The notes under the pieces were generated by a model, which saw only the letters and a program-made list of their open reading frames with translations, was not told the DNA's origin and did not search any database. Of a DNA stretch of 64,000 nt, positions 27,219-38,728 are shown in pieces. The stretch spans positions 269,102 to 333,101 of the forward strand of contig NW_003314285.1 in assembly GCF_000143415.4 (NCBI RefSeq). The letters run 5' to 3'. Position numbers and translations under genes: made by a program. Numbering within the stretch: the stretch's first letter is position 1; each line of letters starts with the position of its first letter. This DNA comes from Selaginella moellendorffii (taxonomy: Eukaryota; Plantae; Lycopodiophyta).

Positions 27219-28296
27219 CTAGTTCACTTTGCCACAGTATTTACGGATCTGTCCATTTGGAGCTAAGAGCGGCTTGAGGTTTCCCATATTGATCATTCCA
27301 GTCGCAAAGTCCTGGAAAAATCGTGCTTGATTCATGGCATAAGTGTGCACCAGCTGCGCAACCGTCCAATCGCCACCACTCCACAGTGTCTGGTCAGAGT
27401 GGAACAATCCACTGAAATTTATCAAGTTCTTGTAATACTTGTTGTCAAACACCACTGGAGTTTGCAAATCTAGAGGAGAAAGGTTTGAGTCACCACCACT
27501 GCTAGGACACTGGCTCCTGAGCGACTGATTGTAGTAAGGGTTCATGTAATCTGGCGAAGAGCTCAGTGATGGACCATAAAGGCGAGACTTGAAGTTCCCA
27601 CATTGGCCTTGGCCAATGGTGTGAGATCCTGAGAGAGCGACTAGATCTTGCACGGAGAGACCATGGCTTTGAAAGTTAGCGATGAGCCTGGAAACATTGA
27701 GGAAGAAAGGTGGAAGTTCTACGTTTGCAGCCGTCTGGTTTGCCGTGAGGCTGTCTCGCCGGCCAAAGGTAACGGTCCATGTTGGTCCATTCAGCTGGTC
27801 AATACAGAATTAGTTCTACTTAATGGTATAATTACTGTCATTACCGCCATGACGCACTCTCTAGCGACGATCACAATGATATCAGCGCATGAGACAGTGT
27901 TTGGGCATTTCGCCTCCACCAAAGCCTTGATGTTTTCGATCACGTTGTATCCTCGCAAAGAGTTTATGTTTGGGAAAGCAAACTGCTCATTGTTTGAGCC
28001 ATTCAGCATGATGGATGCATCACATCCCTGCAATTGTAGGCATGCTTAATTTTCCTGCTTAATCGAAAGGTGAAAGCTTTTCTTACATTCACATGGCAGT
28101 CGTGAAAGAAGAGTCGAACTAAAGATGCACACATTCGTGGCTCGCTTGCCACAACCTGTTGCACTGCGGCTCGAACGATTCCTGTGAGATTTGGGCATGT
28201 CGAGCTGTAAAACGTTGGGCTCAAGCTTGCAAGTGCATGGCCAGACATTGCAAACAAAAGAAAGATGCTAATCATGCTTACAATGCTTGAAGCCAT
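27219..28296 (-). CDS. Class III secretory peroxidase (3 exons), divergent
   Basis: Signal peptide, RLFFHDCHVN|GCDAS, VSCADIIVIVARE, DLVALSGSHTIG, GQIRKYCGKVN*. Confidence 0.92.
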
Positions 28297-28698
28297 TCTT
28301 AATGATAATCAAAGTATGCAATGGTGTGGGTTTGGGCTTTCTTTATATACAAAAAATTTAGAGTCGTGATCAAGTAAAACTCTTGACGCAAGAAATATTG
28401 ACTTCGTGCTCACAGTTGTGAAGTTTCATGGAAATGATAATTAAGATTACCTTGTGAAGCTAATGGTGGGCGGGTTGGCAGAAGAAATATCGGAATTATC
28501 ACGTGGGTGTTAGAAATCAGATTCCAAAAAATATGATTGAATGTGATCTTATTCCAATATTAACCACTTCAGCTTGAAAAATCGCCCAACATAGCATGGA
28601 TATGGAAACTTATCTACGAGGAGCTTCCTAGAAGCTTAAGATCGTAACTCTAAGTCGTGGTGTTGGTTGGCAGACCTGAAAAATCAAAATCTACAAGA

Positions 28699-30801
28699 TC
28701 AAGGACTTGTGGCAAGTTTGTTAGGTGCTCTTGAATCATACAAGTTGGCCAAGAGGATGTAAGCTGCACCAGATGCCGGATTGGCATCCATCATGGCTTT
28801 TGCAACACGAGCTCCCTGCTTGAAGTCGTCATTACTTCTGCAAGAGCCCAGCAAAGTCACCCATTCGAACCCATTGGCCACAAACGGCATTGCGTGAACA
28901 AGCTCTCGAGCATCTTCCAGCCTTCCAGCTCGCCCAAGCACGTCAACCATGCAAGCGTAGTGTTGCTTGGCCGGCTCAAACGCGTAGTCCAATCTCATGG
29001 AGACGAATCTTTGGCCAGCCTCGACCAGCTTGCCTCCATGGCTGCAAGCGACCAAAACCAGCACGAAGCAAATCCCGCTGAGAGAGCCATCCACCATCTT
29101 GAGCATGTCAAAACTTTCAAAGACACCAGATGGGACGGAGTTTTGGTAGTAGGCAGTGAGCAAGGCATTCCACGAGACAAAGCTGGGTTCTGGGATTGTG
29201 CTAAAGAACTTTTTTGCTTGGGGGAGATGCCCTTTACGGGCATATGCTGCTAGCATTGTGCTCCATGATACCGCATCTCTCTCAGGCATTATATCAAAAA
29301 TGGTTTTGGCTTGATCCACATAGCCGTGCTGAGTGTAAGCTGCCAACATAGAATTCCATGCCACAATGTCTTGAAAAGCCATACTATCAAACATGGACTG
29401 TGCCTCGTTTATTGACCCATGTTGGGCATACATCGCAAGCATCGAGGTCTTTGAGACCAAGTGCTTCTCCGGCATTGAGTCATAGAGATTCTTGGCATCT
29501 TCCACATGCCCGTTTTGGGCAAATGCCGAGAGCATTGTCGAGTATGCTAGCATGTCCCAGTGGGGCATTCCATCAAATAGAATCTTCGAGTCCTCGATGC
29601 GTCCGTTGTGCGCATAAACCGTTAGCAAAGCGTCAGTCACGTTGATGGTTCTCTCCGGGAGCGTGTCAAATGTACGTCTGGCCTCCGTCACCTGCCCGTA
29701 CTGGGCGTGCATGGCCAGCATGCATGTCCATGACACGAGATTCCTGTACGGCATAGAATCAAACATAACTTTTGCTTGTTCTACTCGACCATTATCCGAA
29801 TACGCCGTCAGCATCGCATTCCACGTTACCACATTTGTCTCCGGCATTGTATCAAAGGCATGCTTAGCTTTTGCAAGATGGCCATTTTGGGCAAATGCTG
29901 TTAGTATGGCATTAAAACAGACAAGGTTGTGCTCTGGCATGGTGTCAAATACTCTCTTGGCGTCCATTAAGTGCCCGTTATGTGCATATGCAGCTAGCAT
30001 GCAGCCCCATGAGATCAAATTCCGCTCCGGCATGGAATCAAACACGAGTTTAGATCTTCCAAGATACCCGTTTTGCGAATATCCGTCTAGCATCGTCGTC
30101 CAAGAGACAGAATTCCACTCGGGCATTTCCTGGAACAATCTATTTGCTTTCTCCATTAAACCTTTAACACCGTAGAGCGCTAACATAGCATTCCACGAGA
30201 ACAGATTTCTCTGCGGCATTCGCTCAAAGATATCCTGTGACTTTTCCAAATGCCCAAAATGGGCATAAGCAGTAAGTACAGAAGTCCACGTAATAAGATC
30301 TTTCTCGGGCATATCCTCGAAAACCTTTACGGCCTCTTCTATTCTTCCGCTTCTTCCGTACGCAACGAGCATTGAGTTCCAGCAGACCAAATCCCTCATC
30401 GGCATTTGATCAAACACTTGTTGGGCTTTAATCAAATGCCCGTTTTGGGCAAGTGCAGTAAGGAGACAAGTCCACGAGATTAAATCTCTGTGCGGCATCG
30501 AACGAAAAACCTGGTTTGTTCGATCTAGCTGCCTGTTGCGACAGTAAGCGTTGAGAAGCATGACCCACGAGAGGGAGTTCTTGTGGGCGATGGCATCGAA
30601 CACCTCCTGCGCGTGGAGGGGGCTTCCAACGCGGCCATAGAGCTCGATCAGCTTGTTTTGCACGAAGACATCGGCAGCCCCGAGCGTGGATTGGATCCGG
30701 CTGCGAATTTCGTGGGCCGCCGGGATGGAGCGGCATGACTGGAGAAGATCGAGGAGATGGCTCCGTTCGTAGTCAATCCTAGTCAAAAGAAGCATATTCA
30801 A
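28699..30801 (-). CDS. PLS-class PPR protein (S-motif-rich) with E domain
   Basis: 700-aa intronless ORF of tandem 31-aa PPR motifs; HYACMVDVLGRAGRL...WVTLLGSC...YILLANLY; no DYW. Confidence 0.93.
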   Translation of the reverse strand: MNMLLLTRIDYERSHLLDLLQSCRSIPAAHEIRSRIQSTLGAADVFVQNKLIELYGRVGSPLHAQEVFDAIAHKNSLSWVMLLNAYCRNRQLDRTNQVFRSMPHRDLISWTCLLTALAQNGHLIKAQQVFDQMPMRDLVCWNSMLVAYGRSGRIEEAVKVFEDMPEKDLITWTSVLTAYAHFGHLEKSQDIFERMPQRNLFSWNAMLALYGVKGLMEKANRLFQEMPEWNSVSWTTMLDGYSQNGYLGRSKLVFDSMPERNLISWGCMLAAYAHNGHLMDAKRVFDTMPEHNLVCFNAILTAFAQNGHLAKAKHAFDTMPETNVVTWNAMLTAYSDNGRVEQAKVMFDSMPYRNLVSWTCMLAMHAQYGQVTEARRTFDTLPERTINVTDALLTVYAHNGRIEDSKILFDGMPHWDMLAYSTMLSAFAQNGHVEDAKNLYDSMPEKHLVSKTSMLAMYAQHGSINEAQSMFDSMAFQDIVAWNSMLAAYTQHGYVDQAKTIFDIMPERDAVSWSTMLAAYARKGHLPQAKKFFSTIPEPSFVSWNALLTAYYQNSVPSGVFESFDMLKMVDGSLSGICFVLVLVACSHGGKLVEAGQRFVSMRLDYAFEPAKQHYACMVDVLGRAGRLEDARELVHAMPFVANGFEWVTLLGSCRSNDDFKQGARVAKAMMDANPASGAAYILLANLYDSRAPNKLATSP

Positions 30802-30859
30802 AGAGCATCTTATGACTAAGAAGGATATTCAAAGAACATCTAATGCGCTTCTTCGTTCT

Positions 30860-31570
30860 TAGTTAGGCGAGCAGCTCCCATCTCCTGCTCAAAAAATCCA
30901 TGGCTGCGAACCTTGGACAGCTACTATTGATCTGCTCCAGATCACTTTCGTCCCGCGCCTCCAAACTCTTCTGAATAAGAGAATTTAGAGTCTAGAGATC
31001 TCGTTGCTTCATCACAACCTGATAATAAGAAACGCGTTGTGAAACGCTCAAGGGAACAAAACAACCGGCTTACAAGATTGTCACGGACGGATTTGAGGAA
31101 TGCTCTTGCCAGCGCTACTCTTTGCTTCTCTCCTCCACTCAGCTGCAAAGCTAGACGGAAGTGAAGAGCTTTGAATACCTTTAGTCCCATGGTTTCGTAT
31201 TGATTTGGAAACTTGATCCATGAATGGCAGCTTGTTTCGCGGCTTCATACACCTGTTCAAAGGAAGGGCTTACCTCTTCCTCAGTTGCTGATAGCCAACC
31301 ATACCGAATGTTGATGGTATCATTGAAAACAATCTGAGGTAACGATGCGAAATCTATAAGTGATTAGTATGAGAACAGTTCACCTTTTTTGCGGTACTAC
31401 TCCAATACCAAATAAAAGACCGAGGCTAGCATCTTCGATATTCTGATCGCCTATCTTCGCCTGTAATCGAGATACTTGAGCATTATTACGTTCACTTCAC
31501 AATAAACAAGCTTACCGTTCCAGATCCGTTGCAGTCGTAAAACCTATAAAGAATTCTCAAAAGCAGCTAG
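30860..31570 (-). pseudogene. ATM3 3'-half pseudogene fragment, copy 1
   Basis: [17 protein letters not shown] and CDEATRSLDS, plus intron remnants colinear with 38700-39700. Confidence 0.85.
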
Positions 31571-32325
31571 GCCCAGTTTAAAGTAGACTTGGCCAGCAGA
31601 CGAGCTGGAAAGGTCTGAACCTGAGCGCAAGCAAACAAACACGTTAAAAATATGGTGGTTGGTAAACGAAACATCAAGTGCTGCCACGGTAGAAAGTGCC
31701 AAGTACTTGAAAACACCTTTGTACCTGTAAGATATAGAAAACTACAAGCTAGAAAGGCTCTTAAAATACAAAGTTATGTAGGAAGTGGATCGATTGAATT
31801 GAATCATACGTGGGGGAACAATGTTCTTTGTGGGTAGGACAAAGACAATGAAACCAGGAATCTTTTTATACAAAGAAGAAGTCCAACAAACCTGAGATGG
31901 ATGCTGCAGAACCATCGGTATCCTGGCATCTACCAATCGCCACAATCGTGTCCTGGCGGATTGCCATTGGCAACACCTAGCATTCAGCCGACAATCAGGA
32001 CTGTCGTATAGATATGCCAGCGTTCTTCATGATCCTCCTACCGCCCTTTTCATGAGAAAAAGCCACGTTGCATAAGCAAGGACTGTGGAGCATGGACTGG
32101 AGCCTGGGCCGTGGAGTGAAAACTCTCAATTGCATTGCATTCAGAAAGTCTTATGCTTCTCGATGGTCACCACAAAACTATAAACACAGATAGATAGACT
32201 ATACTCGGACCGGGTCGTTCATAGTGGGGATGGGCCGTGGGGCGGTCACTCAAACGGCATAAATAAGAATAGAGTTCGAAAGGAGTGAGACTTCAACGAC
32301 GTCAACACTCGAAACTACTCTTATT

Positions 32326-33426
32326 TTAGTTGGCAGCTAATCCTGAAAGAATTTTTCGTGGTGGTCTCGATGGTTCCCTTGCATGTAAAACAGCATCGTT
32401 GTCGATGATGAGCACATCTCCTTTGTGCCATTTGAATGCAACTTTTTCCTCTTCCATTATCCTCTTGCAAGCTGCGAGAAACTCTTCATTCAAAGGAGTG
32501 CCATCACCAAAGCTTATTCCATGTTCTCCAGGTGGGGAGGTGAGCATGAGCCCGTAAGTTGAACCAATGTTGTTGAACCAAACCTTTCTTCCATTTGACT
32601 TGCAAAATTTTGTTCCAATTCTTGGTCCCATGAAAAGAGATGCTGTGCCGTTTTGATTCCACTCAATGCGATTGTTCCCTTCTTTAGCTCTGATTGCGAA
32701 TGAGACCGTGAAGTTATCAAAGCAAATTACGAACCAGGAAGACTTACTTCTTCTCCGCTTCCTCTTTGGTAGATGCTTGCAAGACTTCTTGCCAGCTATT
32801 CTTTGCTGATGGATCGTTGCACAGAGTCCTAATGTAAGTAAGCCCCTTATCCTCAACCATCTTCAGAAATTCTGGCATCTCTTTCTTGAGCCTTTGGTAT
32901 ACAATGTGGCCCTGGACGATGGGTGTGGCGCCTCCGGCACCTTCAGGAGGCTCAATGTCGCAATAAAACATCACCTTGCTTGGTGTCTTGAGTTGCTACA
33001 AGCAGGACAAACGAAGCATGAGTATAGATAACTGCCAAGGTGGAAAGCAACACTCACGTATGCCATCTCGTTGTGGAAACCTATAGGAAGATGCACAGGC
33101 TTCTCGTTAGCCGTGAAAACCCTTCCAATGATGGCTTTCTTTACTGTCCCACGACCATTGTAGACGAAATTATCGTACCCGAAGGCTTCAAGTACGTCGT
33201 TGAAATCTGAGGCAGTGAGTACTTCGAATCCACGAAGAAGGACAGCTCCACTCTGGTGCAGTGCATGCTCAATGTCTGCCTTTTGGCTCTGAATGCCTTC
33301 GAGCAGCATTGACAATGCAGCGCAGCTGCTGTCGAAAGGAACGAAGACATGAGGAATTCGAAACGGATGAGAACGCTGCTCGGGAGTATGGCCTTCTACA
33401 AGAACACCAACTGGGATCCCTCTCAT
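32326..33426 (-). CDS. TauD/clavaminate-synthase-like Fe(II)/2OG dioxygenase (At3g21360-like), intact; exons 33426-33058, 32995-32748, 32689-32326
   Basis: GAVLLRGF, GFHNEMAY (HxE), PSKVMFYCDIEP..GGATPIV, WHKGDVLIIDNDAVLHAR..PPRKIL. GT-AG junctions checked in frame. Confidence 0.9.
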
Positions 33427-33701
33427 TGTTGAGGTTTCTATACTTCTAGAGGCCGATATACTACACTCTTCTTGCTATAGATCGTAGTAATGTGAAACTG
33501 TGCGTGTCCACACACATATCTATCTATCTATTTATGTATCAATATGTGTGTGGACACGCACATCCTTTTCATTGCCAAATTGGCAGTTCAAAATGCATTT
33601 TTGACTACCATTTTGCAGTAAAACTTAAACACCGCGCTGGCGGCGATTGCTCGTGGAGAAAGCCCTCGTCCCACTGCTAGTATTTCTTTCATCGCGATAG
33701 A

Positions 33702-34277
33702 ATGGATAGAATGGTGCCTGTCCAAGGTACACGCAAGGTTCTCCTAATTGAGAGTATCGATGTGTTCATAGAGGATGAGTACAGTAGGCACGTCTTGTTC
33801 CTCACCAACATAGACCAGAAGTTTGGTTACTTTGTGAGAGCTCTCTTTTTCTTCACGCCGAATCCTGGGCTTCAAGTTCTCAAAGAGATCTTGAGGAAAG
33901 GATTGAGCAACGTGTTGGCTGCCTACCCTTGTTGTGCAGGGAGGTTAAGGATCAATTCAAGTGATAAGCTTGAGATCGATTGCAACAACCAGGGTGCACG
34001 TTTGGGTGTGGGGAGCTGCACGCTGTCCATCTCTGAGGTGATTGCAGCATTTTGATGAGTTTTTTCTCGAGCCTTCCGACAATCTGGAGTCGTTTGAGGA
34101 CCTTCCTCTGATGAACATTCAGGTAATGGGGGTGAACTCGTACTGTCTCAACGGGCACGATGCTGACAGAGCTAAACTATGAATTTGCAGGTCATCGAAA
34201 TTATCAATGGATATGCCATCTCCATGCTGCAACATCACACCTTGGGAGAGGCAACATCGGCAATTTGCTTCCTCATG
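33702..34277 (+). pseudogene. Truncated, frameshifted BAHD acyltransferase copy
   Basis: Near-identical to 37110-37687; frameshift near 34050; homology stops after HHTLGEATSAICFLM. Confidence 0.88.
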
Positions 34278-34393
34278 GATCAGAGAAAGAATTAAAGCTT
34301 GTAAGCTTCAAACACACATCCAATTTCTTTTCTAGGGGTTATATCTTCATTGTAGTTCTTCTTTTCCCGGGCATCCAGAGAAGAAGGGAGAAG

Positions 34394-34570
34394 ATGGTCT
34401 CAATCTTACGAAGGAGCCAGAGCCACCATGATCAGAGTGATGATTCCTTGGATCCCAACACAGGCTTTACAAGAAATCGCAGCACAAGCTACTTGCGAAG
34501 GAAATCCTCTCCACCATCAGATGTTCCAAAGGGATCGTTGGCTGTTTATGTGGGCGAGGAAGGGAGGAGA
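34394..34570 (+). pseudogene. SAUR (small auxin-up RNA) 5' gene fragment
   Basis: PPSDVPKGSLAVYVGEEGRR is the SAUR signature. It is truncated before the RFVIP..L/CPC region. Confidence 0.75.
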
Positions 34571-35145
34571 ACAGCTCACATTTCCCGCTCAAAAAATCCA
34601 TGGCTACGAACCTTGCACAGCTACTATTGATCTACTCCAGATCTCTTTCATCCCGCGCCTGAATAAGAGAATTTAGAGTCTAAAGATCTCGTCGTTTCAT
34701 CACAACCTGATAATGAGAAACTCGTGTGAAACGCTCAAGGGAACAAAACAACTGGCTTACAACTGATTTGGGGGACTAAAGGTATTCAAAGCTCTTTACT
34801 TGCGTCTAGCTTTGCAGCTGAGTGGAGGAGAGAAGCAAAGAGTAGAACATTCCTTCTCGCCAAACCATGGTTTCGTATTGCTTTGAAAACTTGAGAATTG
34901 ACTCATGAATGGCAGCTTGTTTCGCGGCTTCATACACCTGTTCAAAGGAAGGGCTTACCTCTTCCTCAGTTGCTGATAGCCGACCATACCGAATGTTGAT
35001 GGTATCATTGAAAACAATCTGAGGTAACGATGCGAAATCTACAAGTGATTAGTATGAGAAGAGTTCACCTTTTTTTGCGGTACTACTCCAATACCAAATA
35101 AAAGACCGAGGCTAGCATCTTCGATATTCTGATCGCCTATCTTCA
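34571..35145 (-). pseudogene. ATM3 3'-half pseudogene fragment, copy 2, with an internal inversion
   Basis: Colinear with 30870-31460, except ~34770-34845, which is the reverse complement of the LSGGEKQR exon region. Confidence 0.8.
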
Positions 35146-35886
35146 ACACGTTAAAAATATTGTGGTAACCTTGGTAAACGAAACAACGGTAGAAAGTGCA
35201 GAGGAGCAAACTAATGCTGCCAAGCTGGGAGAAATCGTTACCCATGGGAACAATCAAGATATTGAGGCCCCAGTCTGGTTTAAGATGTGAAAACACCTTT
35301 GTACCTGTAAGGTATATAAAACGACAAGCTAGAAAGGCTCTTAAAACACAAAGTTATGTAGGAAGTGGATCGATTGAATTGAATCATACGTGGGGGAACA
35401 ATGTTCTTTGTGGGTAGGACAAAGACAATGAAACCAGGAATCTTTTTATACAAAGAAGAAGTCCAACAAACCTGAGATGGATGCTGGAGAACCATCGGTA
35501 TCCTGGCATCTACCAATCGCCACAATCGTGTCCTGGCGGATTGCCATTGGCAACACCTAGCATTCAGCCGACAATCATCGTATAGATATGCCAGCGTTCT
35601 TCATGATCCTCCTACCGCCCTTTTCATGAGAAAAAGCCACGTTGCATAAGCGAGGACTGTGGAGCATGGACTGGAGCCTGGGCCGTGGAGTGAAAATCTC
35701 AATTGCATTGCATTCACCACAAAACTATAAACACAGATAGATAGACTATACTCGGACCGGGTCGTTCATAGTGGGGATGGGCCGTGGGGCGGTCACTCGA
35801 ACGGCGTGAATAAGAATAGAGTTCGAAAGGAGTGAGACTTCAACGCTCCTACATCAACACTGGAAACTACTCTTATTTTATTAGCT

Positions 35887-36834
35887 CTAGTTGGCAGCTA
35901 ATGCTGCAAGAATTTTTCGTGGTGGTCTCGATGGTTCCCTTGCATGTAAAACAGCATCGTTGTCGATGATGAGCACATCTCCTTTGCGCCATTTGAATGC
36001 AACTTTTTCCTCTTCCATTATCCTCTTGCAAGCTGCGAGAAACTTTTCATTCAAAGGAGTGCCATCACCAAAGCTTATTCCATGTTCTCCAGGTGGGGAG
36101 ATGAGCATGAGCTCGTAAGTTGAACCAATGCTGTTGAACCAAACCTTTCTTCCTTTTGACTTGCAAAATTTTGTTCCAATTTTTGGTCCCATGAAAAGAG
36201 ATGCTGTGCCGTTTTGATTCCACTCAATGCGACTGTTCCCTTCTTTAGCCCTGATTAAGAGTCTTAAAGAGGAAGAGTGGAGGAAGCGGAGGAGAAGTAA
36301 GTCTTCCTGATTCGTAATTTGCTTCGATAACTTCACGGTCTCCGGCACCTTCAGGAGGCTCAATGTCGCAATAAAACATCACCTTGCTTGGTGTCTTGAG
36401 TTGCTACAAGCAGGACAAACGAAGCATGAGTATATATAACTGCCAAGGTGGAAAGCAACACTCACGTATGCCATCTCGTTGTGGAAACCTATAGGAAAAT
36501 GCACAAGCTTCTCGTTAGCCGTGACAACCCTTCCAATGATGGCTTTCTTATGTGGCCCACGACCATTGTAGACGAAATTATCGTACCCGAAGGCTTCAAG
36601 TACGTCGTTGAAATCTGAGGCAGTGAGTACTTCGAATCCACGAAGAAGGACAGCTCCACTCTGGTGCAGTGCATGCTCAATGTCTGCCTTTTGGCTCTGA
36701 ATGCCTTCGAGCAGCATTAACAATGCAGCGCAGCTGCTGTCGAAAGGAACGAAGACATGAGGAATTCGAAACGGATGAGAACGCTGCTCGGGAGTATGGC
36801 CTTCTACAAGAACACCAACTGGGATCCCTCTCAT
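35887..36834 (-). pseudogene. Second TauD/CAS-like copy, exon 2 deleted and inverted
   Basis: Exons 1 and 3 near-identical to copy 1. Most of exon 2 is missing and is replaced by an inverted ~65-bp copy of the exon2/intron2 junction (36275-36342). Confidence 0.85.
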
Positions 36835-37109
36835 TGTTGAGGTTTCTATACTTCTAGAGGCCGATATACTACACTCTTCTTGCTATAGATCGTAGTAATG
36901 TGAAACTGTGCGTGTCCACACACATATCTATCTATCTATTTATGTATCAATATGTGTGTGGACACGCACATCCTTTTTATTGCCAAATTGGCAGTTCAAA
37001 ATGCATTTTTGACTACCATTTTGCAGTAAAACTTAAACACCGCGCTGGCGGCGATTGCTCGTGGAGAAAGCCCTCGTCCCATTGCTAGTATTGCTTTCAT
37101 CGCGATAGA

Positions 37110-38500
37110 ATGGATAGAATGGTGCCTGTCCAAGGTACACGCAAGGTTCTCCTAATTGAGAGTATCGATGTGTTCATAGAGGATGAGTACAGCAGGCACG
37201 TCTTGTTCCTCACCAACATAGACCAGAAGTTTGGTTACTTTGTGAGATCTCTCTTTTTCTTCACGCCGAATCCTGGGCTTCAAGTTTTCAAAGAGATCTT
37301 GAGGAAAGGATTGAGCAAGGTGTTGGCTGCCTACCCTTGTTGTGCAGGGAGGTTAAGGATCAATTCAAGTGATAAGCTTGAGATCGATTGCAACAACCAG
37401 GGTGCACGTTTGGGTGTGGGGAGCTGCAAGTTGTCCATCTCTGAGGTGACTGCAGCAGATTTTGATGAGTTTTTTCTCGAGCCTTCCGACAATATGGAGT
37501 CGTTTGAGGACCTTCCTCTGCTGAACATTCAGGTAATGGGGGTGAACTCGTACTGTCTCAACGGGCACGATGTTGACAGAGCTAAACTATGAATTTGCAG
37601 GTCACCGAAATGAACAATGGATATGCCATCTCCATGCTGCAACATCACACCCTGGGAGAGGCAACATCGGCAATTTGCTTCCTCATGAATTTTGCAGGCC
37701 AATGCCGTGGTGAGGAGCTTTGGCTAGTTCCCGAGTTTGACCGGACACAGATGAAGGCAAGCGACCACCCCATGCCAAGTTTCCAGCACCACGAGTTTGG
37801 CAAGCAAGAGAAGGACAGCCGCTACACAGTGACATCCGAGTCAGTGCTCAACGCCGAGTCCCTCAGGAGAAGCGTGGCCAAAGGAAGCGTCAAGCAGCGG
37901 AAGAAGTACCACTTGTCTCGTTCCAGGCTCGCTCAAATCAAGCAAGCAGCTCTCACGGACGTCTCCAACTGTTCAACTTTTGAGGCGTTGGCTGCTCAAG
38001 TATGGAAAGCCAACGTTGCAGCACTACCCAAGAAGGAAGTTGCAAGAATGAGGTTCCTGGTGGACACGAGGAGCATTATCCAGCCTCCATTAAGCCGTGG
38101 TTTCTTTGGTAGCGCGGTCTACGTGGTCATGGTGCAAGCAAGGACGGAGGAGCTGCTTACTGAGCCGCTGGGTGTCACGGCAATGAGAATCCAGCAAGCC
38201 AAGAAGAGCGTAACCGAGGAGTACGTGAGATCGGGGCTCGACTTTCTGGAGCTGCATCCGGACTACTGGTACCACCCAGACTGTGACACGGTGATAAACG
38301 CCTGGCCAAGGGCCATGAGTAACTCCACCCAACTGGACTTTGGATTGGGCAAGCCGTGTCGAGTCGAGTATCCCATGCATCCGGGGAACAAGTCCATCAT
38401 CTTCTTCCCTTTCAGCAGCAACAACGAAGGTTTGGAGCTCTCGGTTTCCCTGGAGCCTGCTCTCTTTCCGGCATTCGAGCAGATGCTTCACGCAGAGTAG
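37110..38500 (+). CDS. BAHD acyltransferase (intron 37533-37600), about 440 aa
   Basis: LSKVLAAYPCCAGRL, IDCNNQG, conserved Q-intron (LNIQ|VT), HHTLGE at the HxxxD position, CSTFEALAAQVWK, DFGLGKP. Confidence 0.9.
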
Positions 38501-38728
38501 CTGGTATGAATGACTTGATAATGAATGAGTTATCCTGTGAATGCGGACTTCAAACCCGAAGACCACCGAAAGAAATCTGGTTGGGAGTTGTCAAAAGAAG
38601 AGAACATCCAAATGTCTTTAGTCAAACGAAGTAAGAACATGTAATGAGCTTCTTCGTTCTCAGTTAGGCGAACGCTAACCTTCCAGCTCCCATCTCTCGC
38701 TCAAAAAAACCATGGCTACAAAACTTAC

